The notes under the pieces are model-generated. The model was not told the origin of the DNA and did not search any database. It was given only the letters and a program-made list of their open reading frames with translations. Shown here piece by piece: positions 12,743 through 26,100 of a DNA stretch of 64,000 bases. Source of the stretch: Psilocybe cubensis (taxonomy: Eukaryota); NCBI GenBank assembly GCA_017499595.2, contig CM039008.1:496001-560000 (forward strand). Reading direction: 5' to 3'. Positions within the stretch are counted from its first letter, which is position 1. Each line of letters begins with the position of its first letter. Made by a program: the position numbers and the translations under genes.

Positions 12743-15102
12743 CTACATATTTACAACTTTGACACCACGGGACGGGGGGAAGATTTGAATCAAAGATGTT
12801 GTCGGAAAAGTTGGGAATGTATCACCGCGTTTCATACGAGTAACGGGATATTTATGTACAACGCAAATATCCTTGTCTATTGATCGTATCCTGAATATAA
12901 TCCCCATTGAATCGCCCTCAAGCGGTGTAACGAAGTCGTCCTTTTTTACAGGATGAATTGGAAACAACACTGATTTCGGTAATGTCAGTGTACGTCCCAG
13001 TAATGCTAGGTGGGCAGTATCGTCGGTAAGGCTGAGAAGTTCCATCGCCACTTGATGGTCGCCCTTGGATTTGTCTACGACTTTTAATCGTAATCCTTTC
13101 AGCTTATCGTATTTCGTATCTAGCCAGTGAGCGACGGTTGAGGGTAGTTCTGCGATTTCCACCGCCGAGTGTACAGGTATTGCTGAATACGGATTCCATG
13201 CAGGAGACAGAAAACTTGCTACTGTGGACGGCATTGGAGTTGCTCCACCAGAAGGCCCGGGGTCTTGAGCGGAATTTATATGTTCTCGGTTGCTTGAAAC
13301 AATGTCAGTAAGCACCTGACAGTCAACGAATCAAGTGAAACCACATACTGTATAATTAAATGTGATATTTTAATACGTTCCACCCTCTGGTTACGAGCTT
13401 CCAGCTCAACGTCTGCAAAGCCGTCGGGGGTAGTGCTTTTAACGATGCCATAGTACCCCTTGAATGTATTATTCCCGACAACGATGACACTCAAACCTAT
13501 ATAGACGTCGTTGTGGTCTCTTTCTCCAAGCTTTGACGAATGACGCTTTCGCGGGCGAAGAGTAGCATGGGCAGGGGGGACGTAGAATATGACTGTGTGG
13601 ATGGGCACAATGACCTGAAAAATGTGTTGAACACTACTGAGACAAAGAGAATGACAGTTCACCTACTTCGCGTTCGTGCTCTGGGGCGATAATACAAACA
13701 GATCTTCCATCAAAGTCTGACACCCATCCATGGAGATCTTTGTGATCCCCTTCAACGACTTCAACACTATCGCCTATCTGGAAAGCTGCACGTAGATCGT
13801 GTAGTGCAACTGCTTGTGTTATACCTTGGGAGGGGATGTGCACTTCCACCTCAGCGTCAGAAACACTCTTGACCGTTCCAAAAAGACCTAAGTATTCTCC
13901 ACCAATAATTTTGACTCGATCATATCGTTTCAGTCGAGTCATGGAGATGGCTTTCGAGGCTTGCGCTAAGGTCTCCGTCGTTACAAATGGACACTCGCGA
14001 AATTGCTCCAACTCGGACGATGTTGGGAGGACATTGGAAAGATATTTGAGATCGATGGCGTCGAAATCCGTGATAATAAATCCATCCTGGAATATCCTGT
14101 CGAGGTGCGATTTCTTGATGTTGTCCGGAGGTCTGGGGATAAGAACAACACTTTTCCGACCCTGGAATGTGAACACAAGGCCGGTAGCATTTGCGTAGGT
14201 CGTCCAAGCCTTACGCTTTCCAGCAACCTTGACCCACGATTGGTCTTCAGGGCGTGAGGGTGGGGGATGAGATAGGATCTCCATACATCTCTCCGAGGAT
14301 AGCCTAACTAAATGTGTCGGATTAAGCTCTCTAACGAGGCAGGCTAACGTATGCGCATGTTGCATTGATGGCGCCTCGACGTAGATTCTCCCAGGAATTG
14401 AGGATTGAGCGAAGACAGACCGGGCAAGGATGATGGGAAATGTAGGGTTCGTTGACATCTGCATAATTTTGAAAGCGACGGCCTCTTCGCGTCCAACCTA
14501 TCACTCGTAAGGTGATCAATAAATGCTGACTGAAGACTTATATTATTTTTGCGTACCTTGCAACCTATTTCATACATGATATCAGTCGCGGAAGGCATAT
14601 AATTATTATCACCAAGTCCTCCTGGTTGGGGATTGCCATATTTCTGTATAAGTTCTCGTGAACTAGATGGCTCTATATCATTGTCAGGACAAATTTTCAT
14701 GCGTGAAGGCAGAAGCATGGGCAACAAATCGCTCCATTCATCAGCGTTATCTGTATTTTGCATGGCATGATATAGCCGAGAGTGTGCAACACGTTCCTCA
14801 TCCTCAGAGAATTCATCGTTATCATTCACTGTATGTCAGAACCCATTAGCATCAGTACATATTGAGCAGAATATATGTAAATTATTGGAACATACGTAGT
14901 TGGCCCCCTTCATAATCAAGCTCTTCCGAACTTTCATCATCATCGGAAACCGCTGCTTCAATGTCTATGAAGGGATTAATGTCCTGATTTTTTGAGATCA
15001 TAATTAAATTTCCCTGAAGTTAGTGATTAGATGGAGGGTTGGATTAGTACACACTGTGCGGTTGCCTAGGCTGTCAAGTCGTCTGCGTTTATAACTAGAC
15101 AT
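12743..15102 (-). CDS. Spt5/NusG-like transcription elongation factor paralog (acidic N-terminus, NGN, several KOW motifs)
   Basis: Begins MSSYKRRRLD, then NPFIDIEAAVSDDDE (Spt5 N-terminal motif). NGN-like EIGCK...SVFAQSSIPGRIYVEA. KOW motifs YDRVKIIGGEYLGLFGTV, IGDSVEVVEGDHKDLHGWV and IGLSVIVVGNNTFKGYYGIVK...VELEA. A short GATP/SPAWNP remnant of the C-terminal repeat region. Confidence 0.8.
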
Positions 15103-15242
15103 TGTGGGTCTTAAAGACTGTTAATCGATGTTCATCTCACTTAATTTATCATCTTAACTTGTGATAATTTATTTTTAGATACTACACAACCTATTACTAT
15201 GATAAGACGCTATGATGAACGGAAAGAGAAAACATATGGTGA

Positions 15243-15443
15243 GAAACACGCTATTTCCGGAGCGATTCTTTAGGGTAGGTTTCCCGTCCTGAAGTCACGA
15301 GTTGGTTAAAAAAACGCCCCCTTACATCAGCCGCATCACCGTCACGGTGATGCGGCTGATGTAAGGGGGCGTTTTTTTAACCAACTCGTGACTTCAGGAC
15401 GGGAAACCTACCCTAAAGAATCGCTCCGGAAATAGCGTGTTTC
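15243..15443. repeat. Perfect 201-bp palindrome (100-bp arms, 1-nt spacer at 15343), with imperfect extension to 15207-15479
   Basis: 15243-15342 is the exact reverse complement of 15344-15443, checked base by base. Outer arms ACGCTATGATGAACGGAAAGAGAAAACA and ACGCTATGACGAACGGAAAGAAAAACA are diverged. Confidence 0.97.
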
Positions 15444-15768
15444 CAACTTGATTGTTTTTCTTTCCGTTCGTCATAGCGTAGTACCCCTCCCCATAGATTT
15501 AACATACATTCTAATAAAATAGACATAGACAATACTCTAGACACTCTATAATAGTTTTCGTTCAGTTAAAATTCATCTAGTTGAAAATTTGAGACACCAG
15601 AAAAAAACACACAAAAAAAAGTAAGTACCCAAAGAAATAGAATGCAGGGTGAGACGTTGAAGTTTTGTAGTGCAAGCCCAGAAGATTTCCCCCGTTGCCC
15701 GACTCCAAGCTGAAGAAATTCTGGCGTTTCCCTTCGAAACGCAGGTCGTTCGTCAGACTCTGGAAAAC

Positions 15769-18700
15769 ATGTTGCCAGAGTCGCACCCACTCCGCGTAGG
15801 TCTTAATTGGATTGCCATTTATGGTACTAATATCAAGTTTCTGTAGAGGATGGTGGATTTCCTCTGACGATATGAGGACTTCACCTTTTTGAATTACGAT
15901 GTTTCATCATCGAGCATGCGAGCGGCCATCAAGTATAGGCAAAGCTTGGCTGCCCTTCAGAACAGCATCGTAGAGACACCCTGCGTAACCTCGGCTACAT
16001 GGGAGCAGGCGGGTAGCTTATTTGCAGCATACCGTCTACTCGATCTCGTAGCGTTGTGGCCAGCAGCCTTTGGACCATCGTTGCCGGTAACCGTGCCCCT
16101 GAATGAAATACAGGCCAGCACAGGAACTAAGGAAATATTTTCACGGTTCAAGGTATGCGATCATGAAGTCACTCAATGTTAATTCTTAATTTTCAAACAA
16201 TTATTGTAGCTTGTAGATGACTTGAAGGACTGGCCGGCAATGCTCTGCTCTGCCAGGAAGCGCATCCTCAGAGCCGACTCTAAGTCGCACAGAAACATCA
16301 ACACCCCTTCTATCAGTGACACGCCGTCATCCGCTTTCACCCAGGGCGGGCCCTCGGAATCAACGCTATTACTCTGTCTGGCGCGTAACCACTTCAAGGG
16401 TGTTGTGGGGAAAATAATCGGGAATGTGTACTGCGCCTCGCTACACTACCAAATCTTGTCAGGAATGCGCGGTATGAAGGACGATGAACACGTTCTACCA
16501 GACATTCCAACGGACACGGCTACTCTTGCAAATCTCTAGTAAGTTTTCTTTCCTCTATTCATTGATACAATCTGCTCAACATACCCTAGTGCAAGCGGCC
16601 ATCCTGATGCTGCGTTGTTCCTCTCAGAGGTCACGCCATCTCATTTAAAAATTCCTCTGCATGTCGCCCTTTTCATATCCCCCATCCTTCTTTTTGTGAA
16701 TAAATCTTGGTATTCTAAGAAATGTGACCGGGAGCAGCTGCTTAAAGTAGGTGTATCCACATCCTCCCAGTTTAACTTGGATTAACGCACTCCTTTAGGC
16801 CTCAAAAGCGCTCGGTAATTGTCGCCCCCGTGTTCTGCGTGAAGTGGAGATGGAAATTTGGAAAATCATTGCAGCGCAAAATTGCGACATCCAGTCAGCC
16901 TTATATAAACTTGTTATCTCAGACTGCTGGATGGAATGCGAGCGGGTAATTGCACAAGATCCCGCGTTTCACTTTTTCATATGTGTGTTCTACGTACTGT
17001 AACAAAATAACAATTTAAACTAATAATTGGCCAGCGTCAACGAGCAGCGCCGAGGTTACAGCAAATTCTAACCTAGCAAGGCGCAGCACTGAACCACACG
17101 GTAAGTTATAAGCAAAGTCTGCGTCAATTACATGATTTAAATCCGTTTAAAACAGCTCAACTTCAGACCGTTTCCCATCATGGTGAAAAAACCACCTGTG
17201 AAGGGTCCGACGCAGACGCGGAGGGTGACGATGATCACGAAGTGGACACGACAGAAATGGTCAGCATGGGTCAACGGGAGAACGGGGACAATACGGTCCC
17301 TACCTCAAATATACAGCCTCCGGAAGACACGTCTTCAGTGGCTGGCAAGGATGTCAGCATGGGTCAACAGGAGAACGGGGACAATACGGTCCCTACCTCA
17401 GATATACAGCCTCCGGAAGACACATCTTCGGTGGCTGGCAAGGATGTGCCCACGGACGAGCAACCTGGTTTGCCGCGGAGTGATGATATTGGATCTGGTC
17501 TACTTCAGACTGAGAATACTGGGCCCTCATCTGCAGGGGATTGTGAGATGAACGTCGATCCGGAGCAAGCTGATGTCGACCATCAAATGGAGGATGGTCC
17601 ACATACCAATGGTCCAGAAAATTTGGGAGATGGCGGGGCTGGACAAGGAGCTGAAGGGTCTTCTGACGAGGCAAATCGTATGTCGGAAGTTCACGAGGGC
17701 GAAAAGCAGGGGCAAGACGGAGAACGACCCGACGAGGAGAACCGAATGTCAGAAGATGGTGAGGAGGAAAGGCCAGACGACAGTTCGTCGGACAATGAGA
17801 CCGAGAAGCAGGGGCAAGGGGATGTTCCACCAGTCCAGGAGGACAGAATGTCGGTCGATGGAGAGGGGGTAGGCCCAGAGCAAAACAATGATTCCTCAGA
17901 CATGGAGAGGAATACATTGGAAGACAGCCAAGGCGAAAAGGAGGGGGAGAACGCACCTCCTGCTCCTCTTATTTTGAGGATTCCTCCTGTTTCCCAGATA
18001 AACAGGAGCAAAAACACCACGGCTGACTCCTCTCAGAAAGGGAAAGGGAAGGGCCGGCAGGGCCTTTCCAAGCGGCCTCCCAAACGCAAGCCGACGCAGG
18101 CTACCGACACATTTGATTCGGACGACGACCTGTGTATTGATGTCGATCTGTACGACAGCAACACCACCCTTGATGTCGTCAGCACTCCGGAGAAGGTGTA
18201 TGGCACCAAAGTTTGGTCCACCTACAACGGTCGTGGCCAACTTAAAAGTTTCTGCGTTGTTGCCCATGTAAGTCATTCTCGATATTGATTTTTTCGTCAT
18301 TTATTTATTCTCCAAACAAGAGTCAAGCCGACGTGGATCGTGTTGAAAGGGTTCTGGAATTGGTCGAGAGTGACTACGTCGATGGAGTTCCATTGCACAT
18401 AGCACGTCCCGAAGAATCATGTTTTGCGGTATTCGACCGCAGCACCACGAAATCCATGTATCTGATGGAGTCTTTCTCTGAAAGGAACGTCGTCCTTATG
18501 TCTCCTTCTCAAGAGGAGTCTATTTCAACTTGCTCCGACGAGTTCTACAGCCAGGTACGTCGCCATATGGGTGATATGACGAGCACCAGGTCAATCCAAG
18601 GTGTGTTTCCTCTTCGATGTTTTGATTTTTCTTTCTGCGTCTCATGCTAATGGCCGTAACAGATATGTCGACCATGTCGTCTAACCCCATCGAGAGGATT

Positions 18701-20332
18701 AAGCGTGGGTCCCTCTCTCAGGTCATGGAAGCAGCGAGGATGAAAGGCAAAAGAGGAAAGATCCTCAATGCCCTCGACATCCCTTTACCTCATGCAGGCG
18801 CTCACTCTTTTGACTTGAGTACTGAGGCGGCTGCTCTTCGGGCTACATCTGGTAGCTGGAAGTATAGTACCCCCGTCCCATTTGGTGATATGTCATGGGG
18901 ACTCGTAGCTACAGAGGGGGCATTTTCAGATATCCATATCGATGCCAATGGTTTCTGTTCCTTCATCCAACCTCTTCATGGACTGAAGCTGTGGATTATC
19001 ATGTATCCCAGACGGTTGGATGTTGACCTTTCTTCTGACCGCCGTGTATTTCTGGGAGACAAGCTGGATTACGGGGAAACGCACCACCAAGACTGGATTT
19101 ACGAGGCGATTGTTCTCGATAACCAGTCAGAACTGTATGTGATTTTTGAATGTCCTACCCATTTGATTATATTGACGCTACTTTGAAAAACAGCTTCATG
19201 AGACCGAATACTCTACATATGGCGTATTCTATCTCCTCAGTGGTTTGCCGTGGCGGACATTTTTACTCCTCCACTTCCTTCGAAGAAACCCTGACAGGAA
19301 TCATTCACTGTTTTACCGCTGGATACAGGGCAACGAATACGAATCATTCAACGTCCCGATTTTTCCTGCAGCAAACCATACATTGGTTCTACAAGGTTTT
19401 GGTTGAAGGTGACAGCGACCCAGAAGGTATGAGGTTTTTTACCGTTTCCTACAAGATATCTGATTCTTTTCTTCTATTTTCTCTCAGATTTTTATGAAAT
19501 GTACCATGTCCCATTCTACAGTACGCAGTCCGGATACTCGAGCTTGATAGCTCTGTGCGTGTGCATGATCTTGGCAAATGCGCTCGACTACGAGACCTAT
19601 CGAAATCCCGATCAGATGTTCTCCACCAAGACTTCGGCACAGTTAGACGCATGGATGCGGTGGGATACCAACAGCCTGAGCGACGAAGAGCGCAAGGCGT
19701 GCATCTTTGCCCGTGGCGAAGCCTTGGCTATTCTAGAGTGGCTATGTCATCGCACGAAGTCCATCCACTACATGATTGAGACGGACAAAAACAAGGATGC
19801 ACAAAATATCATGGCGACAGAAAAGTTCCATGAAATGATACTTTGCCGCTATGCCCGTATGATTCTAGCCTACGACGCAGAAGCCAAACATAACAACATT
19901 GGTGGTGCCCCTTGCTGTACCGACACCAGTTTGCTTTTTGTCCAGCTTCAGGGCGTCTGCAGCGGAGAATTGAACAAGGTTATATGTCGCAGTATCGACC
20001 AGCTTCCTCGTTCCTCGGTCCCAAAGATGCTCAAGTTACCCGTAATCACTCTCATTGACTGTGATGCCTGTGCGGATTCCTCAACGCAATTGAGTAGGTG
20101 GACCAGTGTCTGCCTTTGGATATTCACTAACCACGTCACAAACTAGGAACTCCCAAGGAGATTCTGGAACTTGGTACGAGTGTGAGGGATAAACTGTATC
20201 TGGATGGCATGAAAGTCAAGCTGGAGAGCACAAATCCGAGTACGTGTGTTCGATTATGCCTTTACGTCGCAAATGCTTATCTCTTCATCAGAATCAGAGT
20301 CTGTTCCGCCTTCTAAACGACGGCGACTTTGA
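15769..20332 (+). CDS. Large multi-exon JmjC-like Fe(II)/2-oxoglutarate dioxygenase; 5' end uncertain, possibly disrupted
   Basis: WGLVATEGAFSDIHIDANG...GLKLW (HxD plus Lys) in ORF 18644-19186, and FMRPNTLHMAY...GGHFY (distal His) in ORF 19150-19497. Upstream acidic low-complexity exon 17242-18270. Ends PPSKRRRL*. In-frame TGA at 15865 in the predicted second exon. The N-terminal exons could be a separate gene. Confidence 0.7.
17260..17447 (+). repeat. 93-bp (31-aa) coding tandem duplication
   Basis: VSMGQxENGDNTVPTSxIQPPEDTSSVAGKD twice, starting at 17260 and 17353. Confidence 0.95.
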
Positions 20333-22652
20333 TATTGTACAACACATTGACACACATCTTGATTTACATACATGCCATGTTTTATTTAGTACTGAAAGGC
20401 GTGTATGTCCTGTAACATAATGACGATTGTTTTATTATCTGTAGTTGTGTGCTGCTCGTATCGCCAGACCAATACGCAAATTCTCGCTGGGATGAAAGCT
20501 TCTGGCTTTACTGTAACTGCTGTGCGTTTGAATTTATCATCAAGGTCAATGAAATCAACTAACTTACGTTTGTTGATGCTTCTTCCACCCACTTCAAAAA
20601 ATGTGTTAGTGTCTTTGTTCTGGTGCGTATATACAGTAAAGCTCTTCCGAAGCCCTCCTTGGATTGTACTACGGATTGGTTGAATACTAACCCATGTGAA
20701 ATTTGTTTGTATTAACGGAGACATAATCAGATAACATTTATAGACCCACTGCACGTTACTGAACATTACATTATCAGTTTTTTTTTCGTATCTTCGCTTT
20801 TGTATGAGTCGTTGTTTCAACATGGGAAAGGGCAAGGGCAAGAGAACTCAGGAAATCTGTGTGCGTTGTCCTCGATGCAACAAGCCATTCGCTAAGCATG
20901 CAGATGTCCAAAATCACATCAATCAACCAAAATCGGCATGTCGTTTTCAATATGAGAACGTTATGCATTTTCAGTCCAATCGTTCAAGCTCTACATCTAG
21001 ATCAGCAACCCCCGTATCTCGAGACCCTTCTCCCGAAATTGGTAATTTTATGGAAGTGGACTATATCGACAATTTTCTTGGCGCGTCATCAGAGATGGAA
21101 GATGACCCACCCCCCAAGGCATCAAAATACAACTATCCGTACGTGAAGGAGGATTATAACGGGGCTGGAAGAGCATTTGGAACAGGCCTTACATTCATGG
21201 ATCAGCTCAAACAGGATCAATTCGAACCCCAGCGGGCGGAAAATTTGTACTATCCTTTTGCCTCGAAAGATGAATGGGAGCTCTCCCTGTTCCTACTTCG
21301 CTCTGACATGAGCGTAGGAATGCTGAATGATTTTTTGAAACTTGAACTGGTAATTGAGCGTACATTCCCATCATTATTTATTTCAGCTGAGTCGATCCCG
21401 TATAGATAAAAAAACTCAACTTGTCCTACAAGTCGGCAAAAGATCTACGCAACCGGGCAGAGATCCTTCCCTCTGGTCCGCAGTGGAAGAGTCAAACGAT
21501 CATACCAGAAATACCAAGCAAAAATCAGCTAACGCTTTTTTACCGCGATGGATTGGAATGTATCAAGGCGCTTCTCATCAGTCCCTTGCTCCAAGATAGC
21601 ATGCACTTTAGCCCATTCAAGCTCTTCGACAAGTGCAACGAGATGATGCGGGTATACACTGAGTGGTTTAGCGGTGACATTGCGCATTTTATGCAGGTTA
21701 GTAGCAATGCCTTTGTCCAAGTTTGACGACAGTATAACAAGGTTCCCAAGGACCAGCTCCCAAAAGGAGCAACACTTGTACCTCCTATTATTTCCACGGA
21801 TAAAACCAACATTTCCAACATGACCGGAGGCCGTGTCGCCTACCCTGGCCTTATCAGCATTGCCAACATAATGATGAACGTTAGAAACAAATCGTCAAAT
21901 CATTTATTCCTTCTTTTTGTTCTTCTTCCCATACCAAAGTTTCTTCATCGCTCCAAAGCTGTGAATGGGATGATGGCAGCACGGCTATATCACCAGTGCA
22001 TGGACATTGCTCTAGAATCGGTCAAACAAACTGCGAGGGTGGGAACCACCATGGCAGATGCATTGGGGAATAATCGTTTCTGCTTTACACCGCTTGCTGC
22101 CCTTATCGTTGATACTCCAGAATCTGCTCTGGCGGCTTGCGTCGCAGGATCCACATCCTCTGTGACGTTGGCACAATACGAGACGTTTGGGGATTCCTTT
22201 CGCCACCCTTCCCGAACTGCAGATCATACAATCAACACCATCATGGCCATCAACAATGTTAAGCCCCCTAATCATCTCGAACCATATCTAAAAGAAAGCA
22301 AAAAGCACCGTCTCAATGGGGTTCACCTACCGTTTTGGAGAGATTGGCCCTTGTCTGATCCTTCTGCATTCCTTACACCTGAACCCCTTCATCACTGGCA
22401 CAAGATGTTCTGGGATCATGATGCAAAATGGTGCATTGCTGCAGTCGGAGGTTCCGAATTGGATTTTCGATTTTCGATTTTACAGCACCGCACTGGTTTC
22501 CGACACTTCAAGGAAGGGATTTCTTCCTTGAAACAAGTGACCGGTAGGGAACATCGGGACGTTCAGCGATACATTGTTGCTCTCATTGCAGACACAGTCA
22601 GTACACCCTTTATCTTAGCCATCCGGTCTCTGATGGACTTTCGGTATCTCGC

Positions 22653-23102
22653 TGTCAGGGCAACACTATAATCAGTGTGACAAGGCCACCAACAAAGATT
22701 AAGCAAGAGAGAGAAAGAGAGAGCAGAGGGAGAGTAAGAGAGCAAAGAGAGAATAAGAGAGTGAGAGAGATTCAATGGTTCTAAGAGATCACACCAATGA
22801 TAGTGGATATCCTAAGAGATTGAAGCTGAAGCTACAGCTACCTACAAGTCCAGTATTTATACTCTACAGCTATTCTAGAATATTCCCTACATTACATCAT
22901 AAAGGAAGGTTAAAGAATAAAAGTGACATCATATAGAAAAAGGATGAGTAAGACTAGGAATCATATAGAATTTACTAGAAAGAAGTGGAGCAAGAAGGCT
23001 GTGATGAAAGAAATAAACTATCTAATCAGATAATTGATAAGATAATGAAAGAATAAGATAATTCTGTGAAGATAAAGAGGGGAAACTGGAGAAACCCTGA
23101 CA
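22653..23102 (-). repeat. 3' LTR
   Basis: Identical by eye to 28615-29064. Confidence 0.97.
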
Positions 23103-26100
23103 TCACCCCCTCTCTAAGGCACATTTTCCACAATGTGCACATGGATGGGTTAGTTTAGAGGGTTTAAGAAGAGGAGGAGGTTCAGTAAAGTTAATAATAG
23201 GAGTGAAAGAAAGTCTATCAAAGGTCACAGCAGAAATCCTTCTAGGTGCTGAAGGATGTTTGGCATGGAAGTCCTTGATAGCCTTAGAAGCATTTTTCAA
23301 ATGCTCTGCAGGCTCCCAAGTGCATTCTTCATTAGGATAGTTCTTCCACTTGACCAAATATTGAAGTTTGTTTCTAAAAAGTCTGCTGTCCTTGATAAAT
23401 TCAACTTCCCACTCAGGATTTTCTCCTTGAATGACAGGAGGTGGTCTAGAAGGAGGCTTTCTTCCTACAATATCTGGGTGATAAGGTAGAAGTTTAACCA
23501 CATTGAACACTGGATGGATTTTCATGGTAGATGGCAGCTTAAGCTCATAGGCATTAGGGCTAATAACTTTGGTAATTTTGTAAGGCCCATATCTTTTATC
23601 ATCCAATTTCTTGGAGGGCCTATCAGTTTTGAGGTCCTTGCCATCTAACCATACCAAATCCCCAACTTTGTACTGAGTTGGAGTACCTCTGTGTCTATTA
23701 TAGAATTTAGCCATATCATCAGCAGCTTTTCTAAGTGCAGACTCTGCTTCTTTCCTGGCTTCTTCCATATTTTTCACAAAGGTATCCACAGTGTCCATTT
23801 TACTATCTCTAAGGGGTTCAGTGCCCATTCTGGGATGTCTGCCATTATTGAGCATGAATGGTGTCTGCCTGGTTGAAGCCTGAACTCTATTGTTATAAGA
23901 GAATTCAGCTAGAGCTAACCATTCAACCCAATCATCTTGTCTATGGTTTATAAAGAGTCTAAGATACTGCTCAATTTCTTGGTTAACTCTTTCAGTCTGA
24001 CCATCAGTTTGGGGATGGTAGGCTGTAGATGAGGCTGTCTGGATACCAAGTATTGAGTTGAGTTCTTTCATAAACCTTGAGACAAACTGTGGACCTCTAT
24101 CACACAGAATTTTAATGGGTAAGCCATGGTGTTTCCAGACATAATCTCTGTATAGTCTGGCTGTCCCTTCAGAAGTGACTTCATCTGTAGTAGGGATAAT
24201 GTGGATCATTTTACTAAGTCTATCCACAACCACCATAATGGCATTATACCCTTGACATTCTGGTAACCCCATAATAAAGTCCACAGAGATGCATTGCCAG
24301 ACATCAGAGGGAATCTCAGTAGGAATTAAAAGGCCAAGAGGTTTGGCTGGAAAGGTTTTGGTTCTGTTGCATCTATCACAACCTCTGGTATAGGCTGCAA
24401 TAAAATGTGACATTCCTGGCCACCAATAATTCCTAGAGACTAGCTCAATTGTCTTCCATTTCCCTGGATGTCCAGCAATGAAGGCATCATGGTGCAGTTC
24501 CACAATCTTTCTTCTAAGATCTTTGTCTTTGGGAACATACACCTTCCCCCTGTAGAGAATAAGGCCTTGTTCTTCTGACCATTCCTGTCCTTCAATCTTC
24601 TTGGTAGAAGATTTCTTGAGCTCCTGAACTGCCTTGACCACCTTTTCATCCATCTCCTTAGCTTCTCTAATCTTCTTAAGAAGATCATTTTCTGCACCAG
24701 TAATGGTAGCATGACCCTGCTTGAGAGCCTGGATTTTAAAGTAGGAAGGTTTGAGGAGAACTACATTTTGGTTATCATTTTCTCCCTTTTTATGATCTGG
24801 TCTCCTAGACAAAGCATCTGGCTTAAGAGATCTTTTACCAGGCCTATGATGAAGAGTAAAATCAAATCTGGACAGGAAGAGTGACCATCTGGCTTGCCTT
24901 CTGCTGAGCTTTTGGGCAACCATAAAGTACTCTAAGTTTTTGTGGTCTGTCCAAATCTCAAAGGAATGTTGGGTTCCTTCAAGATAATGTCTCCATTCAT
25001 CTAGTGCTCTGATAATAGCCAGCATCTCTTTGTCATGGATCTCATAATTCCTTTCTACTTCAGATAGACTCTTAGACATAAAGGCTACAGGATGCCATTT
25101 CCCATCTGATCCTTCCTGAGATAAAACAGCCCCAGTAGCATAATCTGAACTGTCTGCTTCAACTTTATATGGCTTGTTATCATCAGGGAAAATCAAGACA
25201 GGTGAAGAAGTGACTTTCTTCTTTAACTGGTCAAAGGCTTCCTGCTGTCTAAGACTCCATCTCCAGACTGTTCCTTTCTTTGTCAATTCATGAAGGGGCT
25301 TAGCAATGTCTGCAAAATCCTCTATGAACCTTCTATAAAAATTAACAAATCCCAAGAATGATTGGACATCCTTGACATTTTCAGGTTCAGGCCATTTAGA
25401 AACTCCCTCTACCTTGACAGGATCCATCTCAATCCTGCCTTGTGAAATGATTAGTCCAAGATATTCAATCTTTTCCTTTTCAAATTCACATTTCTCTGCT
25501 TTAAGGTAGAGTTTGTTCTGTTCTAGGATTTGCAGAACTTGCTTGACTACCTCTCTATGATGATCAAGAGTCTCAGTGAAAATTAAAATGTCATCCATGT
25601 AGACAATGACAACATTTCCATCAATGAGCTCAATAAAGATATCATTCATCATAGTTTGGAAGGTAGCAGGACTATTGGTTAAACCAAAGAACATGACCAA
25701 TGGTTCAAACAGCCCTCTATTGGTTCTAAAGGCTGCTTTCCATTCATCTCCCTTTTTGATTCTGACATTGTTAAATCCCCACCTAACATCAAGTTTGGTG
25801 AAGTATTTGGCTTTGCTGAGTTTGGTGATGATGTCAGAAATCAATGGAAGGGGGTAGGAGTTCTTGATGGTCATTTCATTCAGTTTCCTATAGTCCTGGA
25901 CAAGCCTAAGAGATCCATCCTTCTTCTTGACAAAGAATACAGGGGAGGCCATAGGTGACTTGGAGGGTCTAATCCTGCCAGACTTCAGATTTTCCTCTAA
26001 AAAGGCATCAAGTTCCTTTTGTTCATTGGGAGAAAGAGGATAAATCTTGGATCTGTAAGGTTCAGAACCAGGTTTCAGCTCAATAGCATGATCCCAAGGC

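Noticed and set aside
20386-20841. 151-aa minus-strand ORF and similar antisense ORFs across the window
   Set aside because: No recognisable motifs; they overlap better-supported genes or their UTRs.
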